A DNA stretch of 64,000 bases from sequence record SRR31156797_2770. One strand, 5' to 3'. A program made the translations under genes and the position numbers. Shown here in pieces: positions 1-10,529 of this stretch (positions are counted from its first letter, which is position 1; the number at the start of each line of letters is the position of its first letter). Below the pieces are notes generated by a model. The model was not told the DNA's origin. It worked only from the letters and a program-made list of their open reading frames with translations, and did no database searches.

Positions 1-160
1 CCTCCACATAACACCGTTATGATAGAAATATCCCAAAAATATTTTTCACCCCTTTATCCTGCCAGTCTTATGACTGGTTTTTTTGTTGTTCCAAAGACTC
101 GAAAAGATTGAACTTAAGGTGAGTTATTCGTATAATAGGGGACAGCGATAAATTAGGAGG

Positions 161-865
161 ATGAAGATGCGCAACGAAATGATGCATCGTCCAGTAGTCA
201 AACCAGAACTAGTGGCGTTTATGCGTGAAAAACAAAAACAATTACCCGGCGAACTTGGTGAAATCGAGCAAGCCGCTCATAAAAAAGAAGTGCCAATCAT
301 CCCACATGAAACAGTGGTCTTTTTGCAGTTTTTATTAGGACAACTCCAGCCAAAAGAAATCCTTGAGATCGGCACAGCGATCGGTTTTTCTTCAAGCTTG
401 ATGGCGCAATGTGTGAAAGATGGTCATGTCACAACGATCGATCGCTTTGACGTCATGATCCGCAAAGCCAAAGAAACTTACGCTCGCTTAGGAAATGAAG
501 AAAAAATCACGCTATTAGAAGGACAAGCGGCAGACGTTCTACCTACATTGAGTGGCCCTTATGATTTTATCTTCATGGACAGCGCCAAATCAAAATACAT
601 TGAATTTTTACCAGAATGTCTGCGTCTATTACGCAAAGGCGGTGTGCTGATGGTGGATGACGTATTTCAAGCTGGAACGATTCTACACCCCATCGAAGAA
701 ATCCCTCGTAACCAGCGAGCGATCCATCGCAAATTGAATCTTTTCTTGGATACCGTGATGAACCATCCTCAGCTGACCTCCACGCTTGTCCCTTTAGGAG
801 ATGGTGTGATTCTCATTACGAAAGAAGCAGATAGCGTAATTCTTGAGGAACCTGAGAAAGGTTGA
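161..865 (+). CDS. SAM-dependent O-methyltransferase (YrrM/TrmR-like, caffeoyl-CoA OMT family)
   Basis: ILEIGTAIGFS SAM-binding motif and DFIFMDSAK; AGGAGG RBS; TTGAAC-17-TATAAT promoter at 108-136. Confidence 0.85.
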   Translation: MKMRNEMMHRPVVKPELVAFMREKQKQLPGELGEIEQAAHKKEVPIIPHETVVFLQFLLGQLQPKEILEIGTAIGFSSSLMAQCVKDGHVTTIDRFDVMIRKAKETYARLGNEEKITLLEGQAADVLPTLSGPYDFIFMDSAKSKYIEFLPECLRLLRKGGVLMVDDVFQAGTILHPIEEIPRNQRAIHRKLNLFLDTVMNHPQLTSTLVPLGDGVILITKEADSVILEEPEKG

Positions 866-919
866 GGGCAGCTGCGCTTCCTTTTTTCAAAGAAAAAATA
901 AGAAAAGGGCGAAAAGCGA

Positions 920-948
920 TTGACATTGCTGCGCCCTTTTTCTATAAT
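920..948 (+). promoter_or_regulatory. Consensus sigma-A promoter of the tRNA gene
   Basis: TTGACA (920-925), 17 nt spacer, TATAAT (943-948). Confidence 0.85.
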
Positions 949-1010
949 GTTATTTGTTGCTGATTGATTTCAACAGCTTAGGCGAAGTGAGCATTCGCTG
1001 AAATTTATTT

Positions 1011-1084
1011 GTTCCAGTAGCTCAGCCGGATAGAGCATTCGCCTTCTAAGCGAACGGTCGGGGGTTCGAATCCCTCCTGGAACG
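1011..1084 (+). tRNA. tRNA-Arg(TCT), CCA not encoded
   Basis: Acceptor stem GTTCCAG/CTGGAAC; D arm GCTC..GAGC; anticodon stem TTCGC/GCGAA with loop CTTCTAA (TCT at 1045-1047); GGTTCGAATCC T arm. Confidence 0.97.
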
Positions 1085-1090
1085 TTATTT

Positions 1091-1124
1091 AACCGTCGAG
1101 AACCCTTGTTCTTGGCGGTTTTTG
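1091..1124 (+). terminator. Intrinsic terminator after the tRNA
   Basis: AACCGTCGAGAAC/GTTCTTGGCGGTT hairpin (with G-U pairs) followed by a T run. Confidence 0.65.
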
Positions 1125-1555
1125 TTTGTTCTTGTGCCAAATGTGTGCCAAATTGATCTAATTTTTTTGCCATAGCAATTTGGTGACTAATCAACAGCCT
1201 GTTCCCTTCCTCATCACAAAGCAATCAAACGATCGCTTCCCATCCGCTTCAATCTTCAGCAAATTTCTTTCATTGGCATCATCGTTTCCGTATTTATTCT
1301 AATTGTCAGCAATTTCTCTCCGTAAAATACTCATTCTCTAGTTAAATGATACCTCGCCGTTTTATTTAGTAGACACTGTTCTAACAAACGAAGACTTGGC
1401 TTTGCCTGTATGATCGATGAGATCTATAAATCGTTCCATTTAAACAGCTTAGTTTCTTCAATTTCACAATTCCAAGAAATATCTGATTTACTTAACTCGA
1501 TGCCGTCATGCTATACTTATTAGCTAATAATCTAATTTATTAAAGGAGACGAACT

Positions 1556-1804
1556 ATGAAAAAAACGAATTTCGTTGTTGTTTTTTGGCTGATTCTTACA
1601 CTTATTTCTTTCATTGTCTTTCTGTTCAACTTCAATTCCTTCTGGCAATACCTCTCTTCCTTGATTTTTCCCATTGATGGCAGCTACTTAGATAAAAATC
1701 GTTATTATCGTCAACTGTTTTCTGTGACCCCTATGTTGATAGTTACAGTCGGATTTTTTTACGCTGGTCTCAAACAAGCATTGAAAGTTTACAATCAAAG
1801 TTAA
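1556..1804 (+). CDS. Small membrane protein with two predicted TM segments, unknown function
   Basis: AAAGGAG RBS; extended -10 TGcTATACT at 1509-1517; two hydrophobic segments. Confidence 0.75.
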   Translation: MKKTNFVVVFWLILTLISFIVFLFNFNSFWQYLSSLIFPIDGSYLDKNRYYRQLFSVTPMLIVTVGFFYAGLKQALKVYNQS

Positions 1805-2165
1805 ACTATTTCCGCCTCGCAGTAAGGTTATCATTTTTTTATGCAGCAATGATTTTAGCATAACCTCAACGCTTTTTACCAAACGATTTAAGTAAATGAG
1901 AAAGCAACAGGGATGCTGCGTTCTCATTTGCTTTTTTGATAGCTAAAATATTTACTGGTACCTATAAGATAATAGTTGACGAGAAAGGTTGGCATGCTCA
2001 AAGGAACGTTTTTGCTATAGTATGCTTACATACCGCACTCTTCGATCACTCATTTTTTTCATTTTGTCGTACCTTCAGTATAACACGCTTACCCAATCCG
2101 TTTTCATATCCTCCTCCTGCAAAAATTATGCTATGCTTAACAAGAACAAAGAAAGCAGGTGTCCT

Positions 2166-3023
2166 ATGGAGATAACGGTACATATCGCAAGTGGGTTTAG
2201 TAAAAATCAAACGGGTGGCAACAAGGCTGGAGTCGTCTTGTTGGAACAGCCTCTTACGCCACAACAAAAGTTAGCCGTCGCAAAAGAGTTAGGCTTTTCA
2301 GAAACAGCTTTTTTATCGAAATCCCCGCAGGCCGATTTCCGATTTGACTATTTTACGCCAAAAGAAGAAGTTGACTTATGCGGACATGCAACAATTGCCT
2401 CCTTTGCACTATTATCGTATCTAAACAAACTTTCCAGGCAACAGTATCGCATCGACACCAACGCCGGACGTTTGTCGATCACCATCAAAGACGGTGTCAT
2501 TTTCATGGAACAGAACAAACCACTGTTTTCAGATGTGCTTTCACTAGAACAATTAACTGACTGTTTTGATACCAATGCTATCAATGATCAAATTCCTATT
2601 CAAATCGTTTCTACTGGATTAAAGGATATCCTTATTCCAATCAAAACAACGGCCCAGTTGCAGCAAGTTGCACCTAATTTTGAGGAAATAAAAAAAGTAA
2701 GTGCGCTTCAACAAGTAGTTGGCATGCACTTATATGCAATGGAAAAAGAACGAATCGTTTGTCGTAACTTTGCTCCATTGTTTGACATCAATGAAGAATC
2801 TGCCACAGGCACTTCCAATGCCGCCTTGGCTTGCTTCTTGTATCAAAAGTGTGCCCTCGAAAAAGAAGTGTATCGCTTTGAACAAGGCAGCAATTTAGGT
2901 GAACCTTCTGAAATCTTTGTCAAACTCGTTACGACTTCGCGAAAGGAAATCCAACATGTTTACGTTGGGGGCAGAGGGCATTTTTGCGAGACAGTAACCA
3001 TCGACACCGATACACTGGCATAA
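2166..3023 (+). CDS. PhzF family isomerase/epimerase
   Basis: GGNKAGV, SETAF, EVDLCGHAT and EESATG motifs; start moved to ATG 2166 (MEITVH). Confidence 0.9.
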   Translation: MEITVHIASGFSKNQTGGNKAGVVLLEQPLTPQQKLAVAKELGFSETAFLSKSPQADFRFDYFTPKEEVDLCGHATIASFALLSYLNKLSRQQYRIDTNAGRLSITIKDGVIFMEQNKPLFSDVLSLEQLTDCFDTNAINDQIPIQIVSTGLKDILIPIKTTAQLQQVAPNFEEIKKVSALQQVVGMHLYAMEKERIVCRNFAPLFDINEESATGTSNAALACFLYQKCALEKEVYRFEQGSNLGEPSEIFVKLVTTSRKEIQHVYVGGRGHFCETVTIDTDTLA

Positions 3024-3134
3024 TCACGACAATTTGGGGCTGATCTTCAATCAGCCTTTTTTCTTTTCCTCTTCACACATCACGTTCTTTTTTCCATAGC
3101 AGCCCATCAGTACCTCGAATACTAGTTTTCTCAT

Positions 3135-3161
3135 AAAAAAAGAACCCAATTCGGGTTCTTT
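3135..3161. terminator. Terminator downstream of trpA, probably bidirectional
   Basis: AAAGAACCC/GGGTTCTTT hairpin flanked by A and T runs. Confidence 0.7.
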
Positions 3162-3176
3162 CCTTCACATTGTTTT

Positions 3177-3953
3177 CTATGGCTTACCAACAAGTTCTGC
3201 TAACAGCTCACTGACTTTAGGCAGTGGCTCGTTTTGTAGCGCTGCTACGATTTTTGAACCGATCACTACCCCCTCACACACACTGGCAAAGCGCTGCACA
3301 TCTGCGTGGGTCGAGACCCCGAAACCAGCTAATACTGGAATCGGACTTTTTTCCGAAATGGCTTGCAAATGCTGATCCAGCTGTACGTTGTATTGGCGAT
3401 TTTCTCCAGTGACACCGTTCACTGTCACAGCATAAACGAATCCTTCCGCGTCTTCGATCAGCGTCTGAATTCTGTCTGGAGGACTGGTCAAAGAGACCAG
3501 TGTGATCAGCGCGAGATCCGCCGCATCAAAAGTAGGCGTTACTAGTGATCGATGTTCAAAAGGTAAATCTGGAATAATCAACCCTTTCACATTTGTCGCT
3601 TTTAACTCATTTGCTAACTGTTCAATCCCATAATGAAAGAATGAATTGGCATACCCCATCAATACCAGTGGAACCTCGGAATGGATGGTTTGCAGCAAAG
3701 CAATGATCTTTTTTAAAGTGGTCCCATTGGCTAATGCCTGCATTCCAGCTGCTTGGATGACGGGTCCATCTGCGACTGGGTCTGAAAAGGGCACGCCGAT
3801 TTCAATGGCCGCTGCGCCATGTGTCGTCAACAGCTCGATTTCTGCTGGCAGGCGTTCCAGTCCGTTGGCACCCGCCATAATATAAGGAACAAATAGTGGC
3901 TTGCCTTGTTTTTGGCGCTCCTTTAGTTTCATCGTCAATGTTTTGCTGGTCAT
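3177..3953 (-). CDS. trpA: Tryptophan synthase alpha chain
   Basis: [23 protein letters not shown] and GVVIGS motifs. Confidence 0.97.
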   Translation of the reverse strand: MTSKTLTMKLKERQKQGKPLFVPYIMAGANGLERLPAEIELLTTHGAAAIEIGVPFSDPVADGPVIQAAGMQALANGTTLKKIIALLQTIHSEVPLVLMGYANSFFHYGIEQLANELKATNVKGLIIPDLPFEHRSLVTPTFDAADLALITLVSLTSPPDRIQTLIEDAEGFVYAVTVNGVTGENRQYNVQLDQHLQAISEKSPIPVLAGFGVSTHADVQRFASVCEGVVIGSKIVAALQNEPLPKVSELLAELVGKP

Positions 3954-5143
3954 TTCGCTGCTCCTTTCCGGTCTTTGATTTGTTGAACATCTTTGTCCCC
4001 TCGCCCAGACAAGCAGATCACTAAGCGTTCTTCGGGTGTCATGATTGGGGCTAGCTTTAGGGCATAGGCAACGGCATGAGCACTTTCCAAAGCAGGAATA
4101 ATGCCTTCGATTTGAGACAAGAGATAAAAGGCGTCAACGGCTTCTTCATCAGTGACAGCGAAATACTCCGCTCGCTCAATCTCCTTCAAGTAAGAATGCT
4201 CGGGACCGACCCCTGGATAATCCAAACCAGCTGAAATCGAATAAGGTTCGATCACTTGCCCATCATCGTCTTGCAGCAGATACATTTTGGTACCATGTAA
4301 AATACCGATACTGCCTTTCGTCAAGGTCGCCGCATGCTCAGTAGTATCCACACCTTTCCCAGCTGCTTCAACGCCAATCAAACGAACGGTCTGATCATCG
4401 ATAAAAGGGTAAAACATTCCCATCGCATTGCTGCCGCCGCCAACACAAGCAACGACTGTCGTCGGTAGTCGTCCTTCTTTTTCTAATAGTTGCCGTCGTG
4501 TCTCACTGCCAATCACACTTTGAAAATCTCGAACGATCTCTGGAAAAGGATGCGGACCGAGTACGGAACCCATCACGTAATGGGTGTCCTCGACGGTTGC
4601 GACCCAGTAACGCAGCGCTTCATTGACAGCATCTTTCAATGTATGATTGCCTGAAGTGACTGAAACCACTTTTGCTCCCAACAATTCCATTCGAAAGACG
4701 TTTAGTGCTTGCCGCTGAACATCTACCGCACCCATAAAAATCGTGCATTCCATACCGAACAACGCGGCCGCAGTCGCTGTGGCGACGCCATGCTGTCCAG
4801 CACCGGTCTCCGCTACCACTTTCTTTTTCCCCATCCGCTTTGCTAATAACACTTGCCCTAGCGCATTATTGATTTTATGGGCGCCCGTATGATTCAAATC
4901 TTCTCGCTTCAGATAAATTTTGGCACCGCCTAAGTGTTGTGACAAGCGCTGTGCATGATAAAGGGGGGTCTCTCTTCCTACATACTCTTGCAAATATTCC
5001 TGTAATTCTGCTTGAAAACTTGCGTCCGCTTGTGCTTCACGATAGACAGTTTCCAATTGCTTGACTGCATACATCAATGTCTCTGGCACAAACAGCCCGC
5101 CAAAAGAACCATAAAAACCTGCTTCTGTGGGGTATTGGGTCAT
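3950..5143 (-). CDS. trpB: Tryptophan synthase beta chain
   Basis: [16 protein letters not shown] (PLP lysine), [20 protein letters not shown]. Confidence 0.98.
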   Translation of the reverse strand: MTQYPTEAGFYGSFGGLFVPETLMYAVKQLETVYREAQADASFQAELQEYLQEYVGRETPLYHAQRLSQHLGGAKIYLKREDLNHTGAHKINNALGQVLLAKRMGKKKVVAETGAGQHGVATATAAALFGMECTIFMGAVDVQRQALNVFRMELLGAKVVSVTSGNHTLKDAVNEALRYWVATVEDTHYVMGSVLGPHPFPEIVRDFQSVIGSETRRQLLEKEGRLPTTVVACVGGGSNAMGMFYPFIDDQTVRLIGVEAAGKGVDTTEHAATLTKGSIGILHGTKMYLLQDDDGQVIEPYSISAGLDYPGVGPEHSYLKEIERAEYFAVTDEEAVDAFYLLSQIEGIIPALESAHAVAYALKLAPIMTPEERLVICLSGRGDKDVQQIKDRKGAAK

Positions 5144-5787
5144 TTTATCTTCTCCTTTACTAAGTAAATAAATTGTTCGATTTTCCGACTGTCTTTCTTC
5201 CCCTGGGTTTCAACGCCTGAAGAAACATCGACAGCATAAGGCCTAAAAAGTTGGATCGCCTCTTCTACATTTTCCGCGTGCAAACCGCCAGCAATAAAAA
5301 ATCGCTCAGACAACGGCAACGGTTTTCTCGCCGCTTTTTGCCAATCAAAGGATTGGCCGTTGCCGCCAGCATAAGGGTGATCTCTTACTGGAGCGTCCAA
5401 TAACCCAAAATCTGCATCGCAGCTTAGGAAATCTTGTTCTAAAGTCTCTGCTTCTCCATCAAAGGCTTGGATCACTGCGATCTTTTGATGCGCAAAAATG
5501 CCTGTCTGGATGGCTGTTTGCAAAGATGGCAGAACCTTTCCATGGAGCTGAATCGCTGTCAGCTGGGCGGCTTGAATTGCCGCTTGCACTTCTTCAAAAC
5601 TTGGAGAAACGAAAACCCCGACTTTCCCTACATTTTGGGGTACTTGCTCCGTTATCTTGCGGACTTGTGTCGGATCGATTCTCCGACGGCTTTCGGCAAA
5701 AACAAAGCCAAGGTAATCTGCTCCTGCACTGATGGCAGTTTCGACATGCAGCCGTTCGGTGAGTCCACAAATTTTCACTTTGGTCAT
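5140..5787 (-). CDS. trpF: Phosphoribosylanthranilate isomerase
   Basis: [20 protein letters not shown] and VDVSSGVE motifs. Confidence 0.95.
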   Translation of the reverse strand: MTKVKICGLTERLHVETAISAGADYLGFVFAESRRRIDPTQVRKITEQVPQNVGKVGVFVSPSFEEVQAAIQAAQLTAIQLHGKVLPSLQTAIQTGIFAHQKIAVIQAFDGEAETLEQDFLSCDADFGLLDAPVRDHPYAGGNGQSFDWQKAARKPLPLSERFFIAGGLHAENVEEAIQLFRPYAVDVSSGVETQGKKDSRKIEQFIYLVKEKIK

Positions 5788-6542
5788 CGGCGGCTCACCT
5801 GCAAATCTGCAGCTGTTTCAGCAATTCGATTGCTTCTCATCAACGTTTCTCCAACGAGGACTCCATGATAAAACGGTGCAAGCTGCAGCACATCGGAGGC
5901 AGTTCGAATACCAGATTCACTGATGTAAACCGCCTCTGACGGCTGAGGTGCTAAAGCAACACTGATATCCAAGGAAACGTCAAAGGTTTTTAGGTCACGA
6001 TTGTTGACGCCGATGATTTTGGCCTCTAAGGCTTGGGCTTGTTGAAATTCAGCCGCATTATGAGTCTCAACGAGTACTTCCAACCCTAGTGCTATTGCCT
6101 CTTGATGAAGTATGGCTAAGCGTTCTGGTTTTAAAGCGGCCACGATCAATAAAACAATACTGGCACCCGCATTCTTGGCGCGAATCAATTGTTTTCTGTC
6201 GATAATAAAGTCTTTGCATAGTATAGGCACCGAAACGGCATTACTGACTGCTTCAAGATCTGCCAGCGAGCCTTTAAAAAACTGCTGGTCGGTCAAAACG
6301 GAAATCCCGCTGACACCCGCGGCTTCATAAGCTTGCGCTTGTGTGACTGGGTCGATTCCTTGGTTGATGTCTCCTTTTGAGGGTGAAGCACGCTTGATTT
6401 CAGCAATGAGGTGCATTTTTTGTGGTCGGTCCTTGACTTGCTGATAAAATGATGGACGTTTCGTTACGACCTTTTCGATTTCTTGTGGCATCGCGGCAAC
6501 TTCTTCAACTTTTTTCTGGATGATCGTTTCTAAAAAATCCAT
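5784..6542 (-). CDS. trpC: Indole-3-glycerol phosphate synthase
   Basis: IAEIKRASPSKG, KDFIID, GVNNRDL and SESGI motifs. Confidence 0.97.
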   Translation of the reverse strand: MDFLETIIQKKVEEVAAMPQEIEKVVTKRPSFYQQVKDRPQKMHLIAEIKRASPSKGDINQGIDPVTQAQAYEAAGVSGISVLTDQQFFKGSLADLEAVSNAVSVPILCKDFIIDRKQLIRAKNAGASIVLLIVAALKPERLAILHQEAIALGLEVLVETHNAAEFQQAQALEAKIIGVNNRDLKTFDVSLDISVALAPQPSEAVYISESGIRTASDVLQLAPFYHGVLVGETLMRSNRIAETAADLQVSRR

Positions 6543-6568
6543 GATTCTCCTCCTTACAGCTTTCGTAG

Positions 6569-7603
6569 TTAATGGCTATTTGACTGACGAATCAGCATCT
6601 GCAGTTTGTCGTAGGCCGCGCCCGAAGCGATACACGCTCGTGCCATCGCAAAGCCTTCCGCTAGGGTGGCGGCTTTGCCGTTGGTATAAAAGCCTAACCC
6701 TGCATTTAAGACCACTGTCTCTAGATAAACGGAAGGGTGATTTTTCAAAACTGCTGTTAAGATCGCGGCGTTTTGAGCCGCATCTCCGCCGACGATCGCC
6801 TCGATCGGTGCTGGCGTAAAGCCATACGCTTGCGGATCCAAAGAAAAATTCCTCACCTTTCCTTCGTGATAAAAACTGATCGCCGTTTCACCTGCCAAAT
6901 TGGCTTCATCCATCCCATTACATCCATGGATCACCATTGCTCGTTGCCGACCAAGACTGCCTAACGCCTGAGCGGTGTCTACCAAGCTCTCGCCAGCGTA
7001 AGTACCGATCAGTTGCGTAGTCAACGGAACAGGATTGATCAAAGGGCCTAATAGATTAAAAATCGTTGGTGTCGCTAATTCTTGCCGTATTTTCATCACT
7101 GCTTTCATGCCCGGATGCAACGACGGGGCGAAGAGAAAAGCGATGCCGACTGTCGCTAATAGATCGGCGATTTTTTCTGGTGATGCTTGAATTGCCACCC
7201 CCAAGCATGCTAAGACATCGGCACTGCCTGAACGACTAGAGATACTGCGATTGCCGTGTTTTGCCATCGTGATTCCCCCAGCTGCTAAAACGAAGGCAGC
7301 CGTAGTGGAGACATTAAAACTATTGGCGTGGTCGCCACCAGTGCCGCAATTATCCATGGTGTCTCCTCCTTCATAAGGAATGGTCACGGCATGCTCTAAC
7401 ATAATTTCTGCTAAAGCAGTCAATTCGGCAGCTGTGATGCCGTTGATCTTCATCGCAACTAATGCTGCGCCCAATTGACTTTCTGAAAACACCCCGCTTA
7501 AAATTCCTTGAGCAAATTGACGCATCTCCTGATAACTTAAATGACGGCCATTAAATAATTGCTGAGTGATTTGTTGCGGCGGCTGCTTTTTTAGTGCTTG
7601 CAT
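6569..7603 (-). CDS. trpD: Anthranilate phosphoribosyltransferase
   Basis: DNCGTGGD, KHGNRSISSRSGSAD and TIFNLLGPL motifs. Confidence 0.97.
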   Translation of the reverse strand: MQALKKQPPQQITQQLFNGRHLSYQEMRQFAQGILSGVFSESQLGAALVAMKINGITAAELTALAEIMLEHAVTIPYEGGDTMDNCGTGGDHANSFNVSTTAAFVLAAGGITMAKHGNRSISSRSGSADVLACLGVAIQASPEKIADLLATVGIAFLFAPSLHPGMKAVMKIRQELATPTIFNLLGPLINPVPLTTQLIGTYAGESLVDTAQALGSLGRQRAMVIHGCNGMDEANLAGETAISFYHEGKVRNFSLDPQAYGFTPAPIEAIVGGDAAQNAAILTAVLKNHPSVYLETVVLNAGLGFYTNGKAATLAEGFAMARACIASGAAYDKLQMLIRQSNSH

Positions 7604-8199
7604 TAAAGATTCCTCCTTTTTTCATCTTGTGTTTTTTCTGTATTATCCGAGACGAGTTTAAGAAACTGTTCTATGAAAAATGCCCCCTCGTTTGTTCCCA
7701 TTGATTCTGGATGGAATTGGAGTCCTACGATTGGTTTTTCGCGATGCTGAATCGCCATGATGATCCCTTCTGTTTCAGCCAACACCTCAAATTCCGCTGA
7801 AAGTGTCGCTGGCTCAATGACAAGCGAGTGATAGCGCATGACAGTCATGTCTCCTAGGTAGGTTTCGAATACGCCTTTTTTCTGATACGTAAGGGTCGAT
7901 TGCTTGCCGTGCATAATAGCTGGTGCTTGGACCACTTTGGCACCAAACGCTTCACCAATGGCTTGATGACCTAAGCAGATGCCTAAAAGCGGCTTGCTAT
8001 CTTGGTATGTTTTGATCAAAGAAATCATGAATTCTGCCTCTTCGGGACGGCCTGGTCCCGGGGAAAAAATGATGGCATCTGCTTCTTTTGCAACAATAAA
8101 AAGCTCTGGATCGTCATTTCGCAAGACGATCGTATCCGCTGGACATTGCTGGACTAAGTTATACGTAAAGGAATCATAATTATCGACGAGTAAAATCAT
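7603..8199 (-). CDS. trpG: Anthranilate synthase component II (glutamine amidotransferase)
   Basis: DNYDSFT, SPGPG, GICLGHQ, RYHSL, QFHPES; start moved to ATG 8199, which has a GGAGGT RBS. Confidence 0.95.
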   Translation of the reverse strand: MILLVDNYDSFTYNLVQQCPADTIVLRNDDPELFIVAKEADAIIFSPGPGRPEEAEFMISLIKTYQDSKPLLGICLGHQAIGEAFGAKVVQAPAIMHGKQSTLTYQKKGVFETYLGDMTVMRYHSLVIEPATLSAEFEVLAETEGIIMAIQHREKPIVGLQFHPESMGTNEGAFFIEQFLKLVSDNTEKTQDEKRRNL

Positions 8200-9586
8200 T
8201 GGCTGACACCTCCAATAGTGCTTTGGCTTTGTGTAATGTTTCTTGGTATTCAGATGAAGGATCAGAATCATAAACGATCCCCGCCCCTGCTTGGACATAA
8301 GCGATCTCGTCTTTCAATACCAATGTCCGAATCCCGATGGCAAAATCCGCTTGATCATTTCGTGAAAAATAACCAACTGCACCAGCATAGACCCCTCTTC
8401 GAACAGCTTCCCACTGATAGATGCGAGTCATGGCACGAATCTTTGGTGCCCCGCTGACCGTGCCTGCTGGCAGGGTTGCTTTCAAGGCATCCATTGCCGT
8501 CACAACTGCTCTGCGCTTGGCAGCCACTACCGAAACGATGTGCATGACATAGCGGTATTTCTCGATCACCATGTATAAAGGAACATGAACCGTCCCATGT
8601 TCAGCGATCCGCCCTAAATCATTGCGCCCAAGATCGATAAGCATCTGATGCTCTGCACGTTCTTTTTCATCTGCCAATAGTTCATTTGCCAAAGCTTCGT
8701 CTTCTGCTTTGGTTGCACCTCGTTTGCGGGTACCAGCGATCGGATTCGTGGTGATTTCGTCGCCTTGAACGCGAATCAGGCTTTCAGGTGAGCTACCAAT
8801 CACTTTAAATCCGTGATCGAAATCAAGATAATAGAGATACGCGGAAGGATTTGTCACTCGTAGTTTGCGGTAATAGTCAAAGGGCTCTTGTTTAAATGAC
8901 GCTTTCAGACGTTGCGAAGGAACGACTTGGAACATGTCTCCCGCCGTAATTCGGGCTTTCGCCTCTTGAACGATCGCTTCATAGGCTTGCTGTGTGACAT
9001 TGCTGGTAAAATGCAGTTTTTCATTTGACAATACACGGGTCTCAGCGGCGACTGGTGTCCTTAACTGCTGCTTCACTGCTTGCATTACCTGCCCCATCTC
9101 GACGGTTCCTCTTTGGCTATAGCAATTTTCAAGAATGATCGTTAAAGTTTCCGTCTGATGGTCAAAAACGAGAAAAGTTTCGAAAAGCCAAAAGGCCATA
9201 TCAGGCACTTGCAATTCATCTGCGGGCAGTTGTCCGATGTCTTCATAGCAAGCGGCGATATCATAGCCCGCATACCCGATAGCCCCACTTTGCAGCGGTA
9301 GATTCGGTAAAGCGCTAATTTCCTTTTTGACTACATACCCTTCCATTTCTTTTAAAGGGTCCTGACACGGGTACTTGTTGACCGTTTTTTTCAAAAGATC
9401 CTCCACCTGAAAAACACCATCCTTAAAGGTCATTTTCTGAACGGGATCAAAGGTAAGGATCGAATAGCGTCCGGTATCTTCTTCTCTGGGAATACTTTCC
9501 AATAAACATTTATGCGCCCCTTGAATCCGTAAAAAAACTGAGACAGGTGTCAAACAATCGCTGTTGATTCGTTCCATTCGATACAT
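8180..9586 (-). CDS. trpE: Anthranilate synthase component I
   Basis: LLES, NPSAY, PIAGTRKRG, EHQMLIDLGRND, PAGTVSGAPK; start moved to ATG 9586, which has an AAGGAG RBS. Confidence 0.96.
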   Translation of the reverse strand: MYRMERINSDCLTPVSVFLRIQGAHKCLLESIPREEDTGRYSILTFDPVQKMTFKDGVFQVEDLLKKTVNKYPCQDPLKEMEGYVVKKEISALPNLPLQSGAIGYAGYDIAACYEDIGQLPADELQVPDMAFWLFETFLVFDHQTETLTIILENCYSQRGTVEMGQVMQAVKQQLRTPVAAETRVLSNEKLHFTSNVTQQAYEAIVQEAKARITAGDMFQVVPSQRLKASFKQEPFDYYRKLRVTNPSAYLYYLDFDHGFKVIGSSPESLIRVQGDEITTNPIAGTRKRGATKAEDEALANELLADEKERAEHQMLIDLGRNDLGRIAEHGTVHVPLYMVIEKYRYVMHIVSVVAAKRRAVVTAMDALKATLPAGTVSGAPKIRAMTRIYQWEAVRRGVYAGAVGYFSRNDQADFAIGIRTLVLKDEIAYVQAGAGIVYDSDPSSEYQETLHKAKALLEVSANDFTRR

Positions 9587-9604
9587 AAGCTGCTCCTTTC
9601 TTTG

Positions 9605-9885
9605 TAAACAAAAAGCCCTCAAGCAAACGCCATAAAAACGTCTGCTTGAGGGCGAATGATCGCGGTACCACCTCAATTGAAGTTGCCCAAATAAACAACT
9701 TCTTCTCTATCAACCGTCTAACAACGGTCTTCCTCTATAACGGGAGTTCCCGCATTTTCCTACTGCCAAAAAAGGGTTCAAAAAATGATCGGCTAAGGCC
9801 ATTTCCTTGATTTCTTGGTGCCGGACTCTCATCACCGCCGACTTTCTGTAACCAAAAAAGACTCAAGTACTTCTCTTAGTTTGAT
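9605..9885 (-). ncRNA. T-box riboswitch 2 (proximal), Trp specifier
   Basis: T-box AATTGAGGTGGTACCGCG (9661-9678 rc); terminator GCCCTCAAGCA/TGCTTGAGGGC with U tract; GAAA-TGG specifier at 9799-9801; ends approximate. Confidence 0.92.
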
Positions 9886-9919
9886 TTTACGTTTATTTTT
9901 TTATTGGTTGAAGGGCAAG

Positions 9920-10166
9920 AAAAACAAAAAAGCCCTCAGGCAAACAAACTTGTCTGCCTGAGGGCGATTACTCACGGTGCCACCTCAATTGGTTCTCTAG
10001 ATCGTCTATCAACGATCGTTCTCTGTAACGGGAGTTCCCGGAAAAAGCCTACTGATTTCAGCCTTTCGACACAAAAGTCCATTTCTGAAGCGTCAATCTG
10101 CTGATTTGCACCACCATCAGCTCTCTGCAAGACGAACGTCCTCATACTTCTCTTTTGTTTAGTCTG
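9920..10166 (-). ncRNA. T-box riboswitch 1 (distal), Trp specifier
   Basis: T-box AATTGAGGTGGCACCGTG (9973-9990 rc); terminator GCCCTCAGGCA/TGCCTGAGGGC; AGTA and AGAGA motifs; GAAA-TGG specifier at 10079-10081; ends approximate. Confidence 0.92.
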
Positions 10167-10172
10167 GTAGCT

Positions 10173-10201
10173 ATATTACGCGGCTTTTGTTGATCTGTCA
10201 A
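10173..10201 (-). promoter_or_regulatory. Sigma-A promoter of the trp leader
   Basis: TTGACA-17 nt-TAATAT on the minus strand. Confidence 0.8.
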
Positions 10202-10529
10202 CAGGAAAAAGCGAATTTTTTTTTTTGACTCCTTTTGACAAAACAAGAAAACATCCTGCAACGGTTTGTCTTAACCAAAATGACGACACATTCTTTAGGC
10301 CAAAAATGCCCTTCACTTCTTTCAGATTACTTAATTATAGTTGCTGATCCATTTAAATAATATTTGTTTTTTTATAACCCTTACGTGAAGATCAAGCTAC
10401 GAAATATTCGCTATCTTTTACCAAAAAATCGACATTTACCCAAAATTTTCATGACATCATGAAAAAACAGAATTGTTATTCAAAATATTATTCTATATGA
10501 TTGAACCGGATATAAGAAAGGGTGATTAA

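Noticed and set aside
970-1224. 84-aa minus-strand ORF as a real gene
   Set aside because: It runs antisense through the tRNA and has no RBS; only about 18 codons look like an integrase tail
1212-1325. Hydrophobic plus-strand frame (ISFIGIIVSVFILIVSNFSP) as a transporter remnant
   Set aside because: No start or RBS, and too short to assign without a search
1825-1867. AGGTTAT/ATAACCT inverted repeat as a mobile element end or res site
   Set aside because: Only 7-bp arms, with no recombinase gene or partner end visible
1989-9676. N-terminal extensions of PhzF, TrpG and TrpE in the ORF track
   Set aside because: Downstream ATGs match the family N-termini and have RBS-like sequences; the trpE extension overlaps the T-box terminator
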